Of a stretch of 64,000 nucleotides of DNA, positions 18,901 through 26,744 are shown in pieces. Position 1 is the first letter of the stretch. Every line of letters begins with the position of its first letter. The stretch comes from Thermoanaerobaculia bacterium. Its GTDB lineage: Bacteria; Acidobacteriota; Thermoanaerobaculia; Multivoradales; JAGPDF01. The notes below the pieces were generated by a model. The model was not told the DNA's origin. It searched no databases and saw only the letters and a list, made by a program, of their open reading frames with translations. The position numbers and the translations under genes were made by a program. The stretch is from assembly GCA_963806165.1 (NCBI GenBank), contig CAWDWZ010000006.1:657037-721036 (forward strand), written 5' to 3'.

Positions 18901-19296
18901 ATCGCGCAGGGAGTCCTCGCCTTCGTTCTCGCCGCTTCCGACCGTCCAGAGGGTGCCGAGTCCGCCGAGACCGCCGAATCTGGTAGTTCGGCGACCGCGC
19001 GGGCGCGCGCGCTGCTTGCGACCGCCGAGCCCGGCGCCGCCGCCGACGGCACTTTCACTTACTGGATCGCCAAGGTCCACGCTCTGTTGGGGGACACCGA
19101 GGCCGCGCTCGACTGGCTCCGCAAGGCCGCGAAGCTCGGCTACTGGGACGCCCCCTGGATGAGACGAGACAGCGCCCTCGCCGCTCTTCACCCCCTCCCC
19201 GAGTTTGCTGCCCTCGCGCACGAGATCGAAGCCCGGCAAGAGCTCTTCCGCGCCTTCGTCCACAAAGAGGCCCCGGCGAGCCTGCCGCTCGCTTGA
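15967..19296 (+). CDS. Multidomain Ser/Thr protein kinase: Hanks-type kinase, then an AAA/STAND-like P-loop NTPase, then C-terminal TPR repeats (1109 aa).
   Basis: Kinase motifs: RYRILERVGEGGAGVVYRA, AIKVL, HRDLKPGNILF, DFGLA, SPFYMSPEQ. Walker A: TIAGEPGAGKSTLAH. The C-terminal half has repeated TPR-like helices (...EARTVLGLIHLERGENERALLDFARALERVP...). TTG start. It is divergent from the GT2 operon. Confidence 0.85.
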   Translation: MSTIDPRLGSLLDRRYRILERVGEGGAGVVYRALHEEMDRPVAIKVLHPELFPSPVALARFRREARAAGALVHPHAVTVFDFGRTEEGEPYLAMEYCDGGALSDRIAVQGALPPAAVAQLLEGIAAAVDAAHRQGIVHRDLKPGNILFAGAIAKVADFGLARMLETDDPGLTGGHAIGSPFYMSPEQCQGRSAGTASDIYSLGVIVYTLLTGEVPFPRGTAQEVLLAHLTEEPRSPQEIAPHLGRAVALAVLRALAKNPDARPGSAGELHAGLLAALDQEATAASPVPSLAAAVAPSASFEGAAPLPAPPGPPAAARLRRAVRDRSSGAPSEPIGRGEELALLTELLEAASAGSGQLVTIAGEPGAGKSTLAHAFLRRARQIAPGAQLALGRSPEHFGSAEAYSPFLDALGNLLAGGGRERLVPRLLELAPTWAVHFPGLANEAEAGAGEALAGMRSRDRMPRELAAFVTAITGGAAGRPLVLLLEDLQWADPASIDLLVYLAPRLEGLKLLLVGTYRPADVESQRHPLRAALASLGRGDLPWSEIAPAPFAETEVAAFLARELGAPPPPELTAFALRRTEGNPLFLLNVLNHLLQSGAVTREGNRVLLQRSLDSMERIVPEGIVALIRDKVERLDEADKRLLSVASIEGREFTAAVVAELTDRDEMEIEERLRTLEAAHRLVEPIGDVELAGGLVSQRYRFVHSLYQHAFYDSLAPKRRAAKHLLAAEALTRLHAGRLDALRVALALHFEKGRDAGRAIEQHLAAAELAAARNPRDARPLLAKALELTGKLPPEESAARRAELLIRLGRHDAETAEFAGDVELYSRAEQAVSEALVLEPGSVEARTVLGLIHLERGENERALLDFARALERVPGHAAAWDGLSYLFKNTGLWAASLAAQQQAAALDDRFAHSIRRLSVLIYEGRLDEARAEATALVQRRPKFAHYNYWRGITEWYAGERGEARRWIEQAYALDPADPIAQGVLAFVLAASDRPEGAESAETAESGSSATARARALLATAEPGAAADGTFTYWIAKVHALLGDTEAALDWLRKAAKLGYWDAPWMRRDSALAALHPLPEFAALAHEIEARQELFRAFVHKEAPASLPLA

Positions 19297-19345
19297 GTCC
19301 CGGGCGCATTCGCGCATCGTCGCCGCGAGACCTCCGCAGTCCGGA

Positions 19346-22324
19346 CTAGAACTCCCCCTTCTTCTCCAGCAGCTCGAGCGCGCGTTTCGACGCCATCCAG
19401 TCGCTTTCGATCTTCCACGACCAGGCGTGTGGAGGCTGCTGCTCCTGGCCCGACTCGAGGGCGACCTGGAACCAGCCGTCGGCGTCGACGAAGCGCCTCT
19501 CGCTCGCCGCCTTGACGCCCATCACCCAGCCGACGCTGGCTAAGTTGTCCAGGTGCGGTTCCGGATCCCACACGGAGTCGGCGTCGCCCTGGCCTACGAG
19601 GTAGAGAGCTGCCCGAACGAAAAAGTCGCTGCTCCCCTGGTCCAATGCGACCTCGGCCGCCAGAGCCTGCCAGCGTGTCCCGCCGACTTCCTTGAGGTGC
19701 AGCAAGGCAGCGATCTTCAGCACCCGAACGACGCCCGGTCCGGTTGGCTTGTCATGGCTCGGAAAGAGTGCGAAGAGCAGCTCGTACTTGCGGAATTGGT
19801 AGAGAATCAAAGCGTCCTGCACTGTGGGAAGGTGCTTCGCTCGGTACCAGGCCGTTGCTGCGGCCTCTCCGGACTTCTCGACAATGAGGTCGTAGGTGTC
19901 GAGACGAATCTTGACCGCCCACTCCGGCGCTGGTGCCGGGAGGCTCTCGAGCAACGGAAGGGCGGCCTCGAGGCCATCCTTCTTGCCCAGGGCGATCGCC
20001 GCGTCCGCCAGGACATAGGAGGGAATTCCGGCGGCGACCAACTCTCCGAACGCCCGCTTTGTCTGCTCAAGTGGCCGCCCTCCGAAGGTGGCGACGAAAG
20101 CCTCCGGCAGGATCCGGCTCCAGGCCCCTACGATGCCGGTAGGACTCGATGCGAGCTCCTTGGCCGCGACCGTGAAGTCATCGAGACTCCACCTGGCGCG
20201 CGCGACAAGCGCGGCCGCCTCGAAGCTCTCTGGATAGCGCTCCAGGCACGCTTGCGCAAGCTCGAGCGCGCTCTTGAAGCGCCCGCGCGCCAGCTCGATC
20301 TCGGCGCCCTCGAGGAGTGCGTCCTCCTTGAACGTCGCTATCGCCGGCTCGACGAGCTTCCAGGCGGCCTTCGGATCTCCCATACGCAGCTTCAGGCGCG
20401 CCGCTTCGCTCCGCAGGTAGGCCCAGCGGATGGAACCCGGATCAGGATTGCGGGCGATCGCCGCCGCGACCGCCGTGTAGGCGCCTGCGAAATCGCCTCG
20501 CTTTTCCAGGAAGTCCACCAGCGGCGAGACTCCACCATCCGGATCGCGGGCGATCACCTCGTAGCGTGAGCGCACGAAGGCGTCGTCGACCTTGCCGAGT
20601 TTCGAGAGCGCATCGAGCGCCACGGTCTGGGTGTAGGTCGGCATCGCTAGGTCGTCAACCATCTCGCGAAGACGCCCGGTCTCCTCGCGCATCTCGGCGA
20701 CAAGCGCAGGGAGCTCCTCGCTTCGGTGCGGCGCCACCTCCGCGGCGGAGTGCGAGAACGTCTCGAAGAGCCAGGGACTCGTCAGGTTGCGGTGCGCGAC
20801 CCGGGCGGCGACGACCCGATGCGACGGCCGCGTATCGAGCTGCACGAAGAGCGCCGGGATCGGACGGCGACGAAACGGATCCGTGCTCACACTGTGTTCG
20901 GCGATGGCCTTGCTCAGGTCGAGAAGCACGCTGCTCCCGAGCGAGTGCGACGACTCGATGAGCTCGGCCAAGGGCCGGACCTCCCGCTCGCCCCCAACCA
21001 CCGCACCACTTACCGTAAGCCAGCGTTGGAGCTCGCTTGCTGCTCCCTCCGCTGGCTCGACAATCGCGGACGCGAGCCTGAGCGCGGCGGGCTTCGACGA
21101 GAGCTGGCGCAGGACGAATTGCGCTTCGCCGTAAAGACCCGAATAGAAGGCACTGCGGTAGAAAGCTTCGACCGCAGGGGCGCCCAGCGCCGTGCCGCTG
21201 AACTGGGCCGCACACTTCGCGACGGCGACTTCGAAGTCGCGCGTTCGAGACTCGGCTCCAATCGGGTCCTGGGCCACTCCACCCACGTCCGGGAATCCAC
21301 ATGAACGCGCAGAGCGGAACGCCGCTTCGGCCAGGTGGCGACCTGCGCCGATGCCGCTCTCGAACTCTCGCAGCTGCACTTCGAAACCCAGCTCTGCAAG
21401 ACCGCCCTGATCGTCATACGTGCTTCCTTCTTGCGCGGCGCGGAAACGTTTGATGTCGCCGCGCTCGGCGAGCAGGGCGAGTCGGAGGAGGTGGGCGGAA
21501 CTCTCCGTGGGATTACGAGCGCACAACGTATCCAGCCTCTTCTCCTGTCCCGCGACGAACAGCCGAATCGGCTCGTCTTCGGGGAGGGTGGCGCTCGCGC
21601 GAGCCGCGGCAGCTTCGTAGCCGAGAGCCCAGGTGAGGAGCGCTTCGCTTCCTTCGTTGCCGCGGATCTCGAGAGCTTTTTCAAGGGCGAGCCAGGCCCA
21701 GGCCTGTGCGAGCAGAGCGTCGGACAATTCGAGTTTGTCGGTGCTCAAGACTGAAAGCCACGCCAGGCTCGAGACCGTCGTGCGAATCGTCTCGCTGTCG
21801 GATTTCGTGATGGGTACGGCAGGATCGAGCGCCAAGATTGCGCTCAGGATCTTTTGCGGATCGGGCTCGTCCAGAGTTCTCCGGAGCCGTTCGAGTGCTT
21901 CCGGATCGCGGACGGGAGGGCGCTTAGCGACGGATGGCCCGTTGCTGGCGCCGAGTTGCCGCGCGTAACGCACGAGCAGATCGGTCGACTCCTCGAAGCC
22001 GGGATAGGCGGAGAGATCGCCGAGCTCGTCGCTTCCGCCAGAGATTCGCCATTGGTTCGCCCGGAACTGCGCCGTCGCAGCCCGCGACTCGGTGCCGGAG
22101 AGCAGCCGCTCGATGGCGCCCACGGCCGCGAGAAGGCGTCGATCGGGCTGGAGACGGTAGCGCTTGCGAACCGCTTCTGGCAGAGCGCTTGGCGTGACCG
22201 CGAGCAGAGCCTCCGGGGCAAACGATCGCGGCGCAGGCGTTGAATCCGCGGAGCCTCGCTGATTGCAGGCTATCGACAAGACAGCAACGATCGCGCCCAG
22301 AGCGCGCCTCGATTGAGGAATCAA
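19346..22324 (-). CDS. Large probable lipoprotein of unknown function (992 aa, alpha-helical / TPR-like). It is the last gene of the type III PKS operon.
   Basis: TTG start at 22324 overlaps the DUF2277 stop (TTGA). The N-terminus MIPQSRRALGAIVAVLSIACNQ has a signal peptide and a lipobox-like SIAC. The uninterrupted 992-codon frame has normal protein-like composition, which is unusual in this indel-rich assembly. I do not recognise a catalytic motif. Confidence 0.7.
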   Translation of the reverse strand: MIPQSRRALGAIVAVLSIACNQRGSADSTPAPRSFAPEALLAVTPSALPEAVRKRYRLQPDRRLLAAVGAIERLLSGTESRAATAQFRANQWRISGGSDELGDLSAYPGFEESTDLLVRYARQLGASNGPSVAKRPPVRDPEALERLRRTLDEPDPQKILSAILALDPAVPITKSDSETIRTTVSSLAWLSVLSTDKLELSDALLAQAWAWLALEKALEIRGNEGSEALLTWALGYEAAAARASATLPEDEPIRLFVAGQEKRLDTLCARNPTESSAHLLRLALLAERGDIKRFRAAQEGSTYDDQGGLAELGFEVQLREFESGIGAGRHLAEAAFRSARSCGFPDVGGVAQDPIGAESRTRDFEVAVAKCAAQFSGTALGAPAVEAFYRSAFYSGLYGEAQFVLRQLSSKPAALRLASAIVEPAEGAASELQRWLTVSGAVVGGEREVRPLAELIESSHSLGSSVLLDLSKAIAEHSVSTDPFRRRPIPALFVQLDTRPSHRVVAARVAHRNLTSPWLFETFSHSAAEVAPHRSEELPALVAEMREETGRLREMVDDLAMPTYTQTVALDALSKLGKVDDAFVRSRYEVIARDPDGGVSPLVDFLEKRGDFAGAYTAVAAAIARNPDPGSIRWAYLRSEAARLKLRMGDPKAAWKLVEPAIATFKEDALLEGAEIELARGRFKSALELAQACLERYPESFEAAALVARARWSLDDFTVAAKELASSPTGIVGAWSRILPEAFVATFGGRPLEQTKRAFGELVAAGIPSYVLADAAIALGKKDGLEAALPLLESLPAPAPEWAVKIRLDTYDLIVEKSGEAAATAWYRAKHLPTVQDALILYQFRKYELLFALFPSHDKPTGPGVVRVLKIAALLHLKEVGGTRWQALAAEVALDQGSSDFFVRAALYLVGQGDADSVWDPEPHLDNLASVGWVMGVKAASERRFVDADGWFQVALESGQEQQPPHAWSWKIESDWMASKRALELLEKKGEF

Positions 22325-22596
22325 AGCGGGGCTCCAAATCTCGCGGCGGATCTGGCTTTCGCGCGCTGGGCTTCGATCTCACGGTCGCGCGGCTCAGCGG
22401 TCGTGACCAGCGATTGGATGAGCGTGCTTGCCGCAGCAGCGATCTCCTCGACAGCACGGTTGAAGGCGTTCGTGTTGCTCTTGGAGGGCGCGTTGAAACC
22501 GCTCACCTTGCGAACGAATTGCAGCGCCGCATCCCGTATCTCCGGCTCCGTGGCCGGGGGCTCGAAGTTGAAGAGAGTCTTGATGTTCCTGCACAT
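22321..22596 (-). CDS. DUF2277-family small protein.
   Basis: 91 aa. MCRNIKTLFNFEPPATEPEIRDAALQFVRKVSGFNAPSKSNTNAFNRAVEEIAAAASTLIQSLV is a conserved small cytosolic family. Its stop overlaps the start of the downstream lipoprotein. Confidence 0.6.
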   Translation of the reverse strand: MCRNIKTLFNFEPPATEPEIRDAALQFVRKVSGFNAPSKSNTNAFNRAVEEIAAAASTLIQSLVTTAEPRDREIEAQRAKARSAARFGAPL

Positions 22597-22634
22597 GGCG
22601 ACTCCGTTAAGGTCTGACTGCCCGGGTGATGCAG

Positions 22635-23558
22635 CTACTGGCGCCGGTAGACGTCGGTGCTCAGGTACTTCAAGCCGGAGTCGCCGAGGAGGGTGACCAC
22701 CGTGGCGTTCGGCCCCAGGCGTTCCGCCACCCGCAGCGCGGCGACGACGTTGGCTCCGGACGAGGTCCCCGCGAAGAGGGCCTCCTCCCGCGCCAGGCGC
22801 CGCGCCATCTCCTTCGCGTCGTCGGTCGGAACCGGCAGGATCTCATCCACGAGGGTCGGGTCCCACAGCGGCGGAGTGAAGCCGATCCCGACGCCTTCGA
22901 TCTTGTGGGGCCCGGCTTCGCCTCCCAGCAGGACCGAAGATTCTGCGGGTTCGACGACGACGATCCGGATACCCGGCTGGTGTCGCTTGAGCACGGTGGC
23001 GACGCCGCGCGAAGAGGCCGCCGTACCCACGCAGTGGACGAAGGCATCGACCGTGCCTTGCGTCTGTCTCCAGATCTCCTCGCCCAACGGGTAGTAGCCA
23101 GCGATGCTGTCGTGGTTGTTGAGCTGGTCCGTCCAGTAGGTGTGCGGCTCCCGGCTCAGCCCACGGGCGACCTCGATCATCTCGAGGATCAGTTTCCGGG
23201 TGGTGCGGCCATCCGCGCTCGCGACGAGCGTCAGCTCGGCGCCCAGCGCCGCCATCTGATCCAGCTTCTCCTGGCTGAACGCATCGGAGCTGACGATCCG
23301 GAGGCGGTAGCCTTTGGCGGCGCAGACCAGTGCGAGCGAGGTCCCGGTGCTCCCGCCGGTGTACTCGAGGACGCTGTCTCCGGGCCGGAGCCGGCCGTCC
23401 TCCTCCGCCCGTGAGATCACGGTTTGCGCCATCCGGTCTTTGAAGCTGCCGGTGGGGTTCTCCCACTCGAGCTTCACGAAGACTCTCGCGGAGCGGGCTG
23501 GAACGATCTTGCGCAGTTGAACCAACGACGTGTTGCCAATCGCGTCGAGGACATCCAT
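22635..23558 (-). CDS. cysK: Cysteine synthase / O-acetylserine sulfhydrylase family PLP enzyme (CysK/CysM-like).
   Basis: MDVLDAIGNTSLVQLRKI...VFVKLEWENPTGSFKDRMAQ contains the PLP-lysine motif and then GSTGTSLALVCAAKGY. It is 307 aa. The ORF 22635..24095 extends upstream out of frame with the GNAT gene. The start is the ATG at 23558. Confidence 0.85.
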   Translation of the reverse strand: MDVLDAIGNTSLVQLRKIVPARSARVFVKLEWENPTGSFKDRMAQTVISRAEEDGRLRPGDSVLEYTGGSTGTSLALVCAAKGYRLRIVSSDAFSQEKLDQMAALGAELTLVASADGRTTRKLILEMIEVARGLSREPHTYWTDQLNNHDSIAGYYPLGEEIWRQTQGTVDAFVHCVGTAASSRGVATVLKRHQPGIRIVVVEPAESSVLLGGEAGPHKIEGVGIGFTPPLWDPTLVDEILPVPTDDAKEMARRLAREEALFAGTSSGANVVAALRVAERLGPNATVVTLLGDSGLKYLSTDVYRRQ

Positions 23559-23580
23559 CGGTCGAGCTCTCCTTTCTGCT

Positions 23581-24105
23581 CTACCCGAGCTCCCGCCGCA
23601 TGATGACCCGCAGGTGCATCGGGAAGCCGCCGGCGGCTTCGCGCTGTTGCAGCCGGACGAGGCCGGGGGTGAGCTCCTGGGGCGCGAGGATGCGGAAGCC
23701 GCGCTTGGCGTAGAACGGCGCGTTCCACGGCACGTCGGAGAGCGTCGACAGGGTGATCGCCTCGTAGCCACTGACGCGGGCGATCTCCGCCACGACTTCG
23801 AGGAGCTCGCTCCCCACGCCTTTGCCGGCGACGTCCGGGTGGACGTCGATCTCCTCGAGGTGGGCGAGACCGTCGATCTCGCTCGTGAACGCCATGCCGA
23901 CCGGCGGCGAGTCTTCGATCGTCGCCACCCAGAGCGTTCGGGTGCGCACGTGGTGGGCGAAGAGCGCGTGCGGGAAGTGCTGCGCCCAGAACGCGTCGAA
24001 GGCGGCGTGACCGCGAAAGCGCCCGGTCGCCGCGCGCTCGATCCCCGGCAACCAGGGGATATCGTCCATCTCTCCCCGACGGATGAAGACCTCACCGCGC
24101 ATCAT
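23581..24105 (-). CDS. GNAT-family N-acetyltransferase.
   Basis: 174 aa. The acetyl-CoA-binding region ...IDVHPDVAGKGVGSELLEVVAEIARVSGYEAITLST...FYAKRGF is present. The start overlaps the FAAL stop by 4 nt. Confidence 0.75.
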   Translation of the reverse strand: MMRGEVFIRRGEMDDIPWLPGIERAATGRFRGHAAFDAFWAQHFPHALFAHHVRTRTLWVATIEDSPPVGMAFTSEIDGLAHLEEIDVHPDVAGKGVGSELLEVVAEIARVSGYEAITLSTLSDVPWNAPFYAKRGFRILAPQELTPGLVRLQQREAAGGFPMHLRVIMRRELG

Positions 24106-25904
24106 CCACCTGTTCTCCCGAGCCTCCAGAATGCGATTCGCGAACGCACGAGCGCCCCGAACATGCGCAGCGGACCGACCGCGGCCGGCGGCGCCAGCGT
24201 GCCGGAGAGATGGCGTCGCAGCGCTTCGCCGCGCCGGATCTTGCCCGACGAAGTGCGCGGGAGCGTCCCCGGCGCGAGCAGTTCCACCCGGTCGACCGCC
24301 AGACCGACGCGCGTCAGCACGGCTTCGCGGGCGCGCGTCCGGAGCCGTTCGCGGCGCTCCGCCGGGACGCCGTGCCGGTGCTCGATGAACAGCACCACCG
24401 CCTCGGTCTCCCGCCCCGCCGGCAGATAGCTCGCCGCCGCGACGCAGCCACGCCGCACGTCGGCGAGCTCGGTCACCGCGAGCTCGAGATCGGCGGGCGC
24501 GTAGTTGCGGCCGCGCACCAGGAGAATCTCTTTCGCACGGCCGGTGAGAAAGAGCTCACCCTCGTGCAGGAAGCCGAGATCGCCGGTATCGAGCCAACCG
24601 TCCTGGAGGGCGGCGGCGGTCGCCGCCGGCTGATCGAGATAGCCGCGCATCAGGGACGGGCCGGTGACGAAGAGATGCCCGACGCGATCTTCGGGGACCA
24701 CCTCGCCGCGGTCGTCGCGCAGCTCGAGGCGGAAGCCGGCGAGCGGCCTGCCGACCGACGCGATCTCGACGAGAGGACCCCCGTAGAGCGCGGGCTCGTC
24801 GAGCAGCATCGTATCCGGCGGGATCGCGACCGCTTCGCCGCGTTCTGCGAGCGCCGCGCGCTCGAACTGCCGGGAGACGAACGGCCGTTCGAGATCCGCG
24901 AAGGTCACCGCGAGGGCCGCTTCGGAGAGACCGTAGACCGGAGTCAAGGCCGCGGCGTCGAAGCCCCAGCGCGCGAAGCGCGCGGCGAAGGCCCGCAGCA
25001 CCTCCGGCACCACGGTCTCCGCGCCGCAGAGCGCGATCCGCCAGTCGGAAAGATCGACCCCCTCCATCTCCTCGTCCCGTATGCGCTCGGTGGCGAGCGC
25101 GTAGGCGAAATTCGGCGCCGGAGAGATCGTACCGCGATGCCGGCCGAGGGCACGCAGCCAGAGCGCCGGCCGCGCCACGAACGCCTCCGGCGGCACGAGC
25201 GTCAGCACCGACGGCCGTTCGAGCGCCGGGAAGACGCAGCCGATGAGCCCCATGTCGTGGTAGAGCGGCAACCACGAGACGCCGCTGATCGCGGTCGGGT
25301 CATCGCCGGGGTCGGCGACCGGCCAGAGCGCGTTCAGGGCCTCGACCTGAGCGAGAACTGCCGCCTGCGACAGGGCGACCGGCTTCGGTTCGACCGTGGT
25401 GCCGGAGGAGAACTGCACCAGCGCGAGGTCGGAGGCACCGCCGTCGCTCGCGAGCTCGGCGCCGCGCGGCAGCTCGGCGAGTGTCCGCCCGCCCAGCGCG
25501 GGCCGCGCTTTCGCCAGAGTCTCCCCGAGGAGCGCGCGCACCCGGCCGTCCGCGAGCAGCAGACGCGCGCCGGAAGCGCCGAGCATCGCCGCGGTGCGCA
25601 GGTGATATTCGGCGAGCCGGCCGAGGCGCACCGGCGGATAGAGCGGCACCGGCACCGCGCCAGCGAGCAGAGTGCCGAAGAAAGCGAAGAAGAAGTCGGC
25701 GCCGGTCGGATAGATGAGCGCCACGCGCTCTCCGGGCCGGATGCCCATCTCCGCGAGAGCGCCGGCGACGAGCGCGCTCTCCTGCTCGACCGCCGCCCAG
25801 GAGAGAAAAGTCTCGCGCTCGGCGCGATCGACCAGGCGCAGCCCGGTCTGCGGAAAGTCCTTGGCGCGCTGGAGGAGGCGCTGCAGCGTGTCGAGTCTCA
25901 TCAC
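24102..25904 (-). CDS. Fatty acyl-AMP ligase (FAAL) / adenylate-forming enzyme.
   Basis: 600 aa. AMP-binding motifs are present: LVQFSSGTTVEPKPVALS, WLPLYHDMGL, TGDLGFLHEGELFLTGRAKE, and PRTSSGKIRRGEAL at the C-terminus. An FAAL-type insertion is present. It is adjacent to an ACP. Confidence 0.85.
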   Translation of the reverse strand: MMRLDTLQRLLQRAKDFPQTGLRLVDRAERETFLSWAAVEQESALVAGALAEMGIRPGERVALIYPTGADFFFAFFGTLLAGAVPVPLYPPVRLGRLAEYHLRTAAMLGASGARLLLADGRVRALLGETLAKARPALGGRTLAELPRGAELASDGGASDLALVQFSSGTTVEPKPVALSQAAVLAQVEALNALWPVADPGDDPTAISGVSWLPLYHDMGLIGCVFPALERPSVLTLVPPEAFVARPALWLRALGRHRGTISPAPNFAYALATERIRDEEMEGVDLSDWRIALCGAETVVPEVLRAFAARFARWGFDAAALTPVYGLSEAALAVTFADLERPFVSRQFERAALAERGEAVAIPPDTMLLDEPALYGGPLVEIASVGRPLAGFRLELRDDRGEVVPEDRVGHLFVTGPSLMRGYLDQPAATAAALQDGWLDTGDLGFLHEGELFLTGRAKEILLVRGRNYAPADLELAVTELADVRRGCVAAASYLPAGRETEAVVLFIEHRHGVPAERRERLRTRAREAVLTRVGLAVDRVELLAPGTLPRTSSGKIRRGEALRRHLSGTLAPPAAVGPLRMFGALVRSRIAFWRLGRTGG

Positions 25905-25910
25905 GGGGGA

Positions 25911-26153
25911 TCAGCCGGGCAACTTGGTCTCGAGGAGCGCGACGAGATCGCCGAGCGTCGCGATTCTGGCCTCTTCGTCCGGATCCAGCGTGATCCGGAA
26001 CCGGTTCTCGACCTCCGCCGCGAGCGTCAGGAGCTTCAGCGAATCGAATCCGAGATCTTCCACCAAACGCAGCCGCGGATCGAAGGCACCGGCGAAGCCG
26101 AGATGCTGCCGCGCCACGGTGACGATGCCGTCCACGATCTCCTCGCGCGTCAC
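25911..26153 (-). CDS. Acyl carrier protein (phosphopantetheine-binding).
   Basis: 80 aa. The DLGFDSL Ser-attachment motif is present. The start overlaps the ICMT stop. Confidence 0.8.
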   Translation of the reverse strand: MTREEIVDGIVTVARQHLGFAGAFDPRLRLVEDLGFDSLKLLTLAAEVENRFRITLDPDEEARIATLGDLVALLETKLPG

Positions 26154-26734
26154 GGTTCACCCCACGGCAGGAGCCGCGCACGGCCCGCGAGACGCTGCCG
26201 GTAGTCGCCCGCCGCCACGAGCGCCCGTTCCTCGTGCCGGATGCGGGCCGCGAGCAGCAGGGCGTTGCCCGCGGTGGCGACGAGCGCCGTCACCCAGGCG
26301 CAGTGGACGAGCGGCAGTGCCGCGACCTCGATGGCCACGGCGACGTAGTTCGGATGGCGCACGAAACGATATGGGCCCGTGGCCACCGCCGGCAGGCCCG
26401 CGATGACGATGACCCGGGTGTTCCAGCGCTCGCCGAGGGTGAAGATCGCCCAGTAGCGCAGCGCCATCGCGAGCAGCACGATCCAGGTGGCGACGATCGC
26501 GACCGGCGGCACGAACGGGCGCCGGAAGAGGAGCACTTCGAGTGGACCCGCGGCCAGGAAGGCGGCGTGGGCGACTACCAGCAGCCAGTAGAAGCCGCGC
26601 GACTCCGCTTCGATGCCGCCCCGGGCGAACGATCGGCGCGCGTTGCGCAGCGAGAGACCCATCTCGAGGAGGCGCTCGACCGCCACCGCGGCGACGAGAA
26701 GAAGGAAGAAGAGCGTGCCGGGTGGAAGGCTCAC
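26150..26734 (-). CDS. ICMT-family membrane methyltransferase (SrsB-like O-methyltransferase partner of type III PKSs).
   Basis: 194 aa with multiple TM helices. ...ATGPYRFVRHPNYVAVAIEVAALPL...RIRHEERALVAAGDYRQ carries the same SAM-motif architecture as the gene at 6908 and as the Streptomyces SrsB class. Confidence 0.8.
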   Translation of the reverse strand: MSLPPGTLFFLLLVAAVAVERLLEMGLSLRNARRSFARGGIEAESRGFYWLLVVAHAAFLAAGPLEVLLFRRPFVPPVAIVATWIVLLAMALRYWAIFTLGERWNTRVIVIAGLPAVATGPYRFVRHPNYVAVAIEVAALPLVHCAWVTALVATAGNALLLAARIRHEERALVAAGDYRQRLAGRARLLPWGEP

Positions 26735-26744
26735 GCGGCAAAAG

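Noticed and set aside
19297-19345. Possible bidirectional terminator between the convergent kinase and lipoprotein genes (GTCCCGG ... CCGGAC, and GCGCATTCGCGC).
   Set aside because: The inverted repeats are short, 4-6 bp, and imperfect, and there is no U-tract. This is insufficient to call a terminator.
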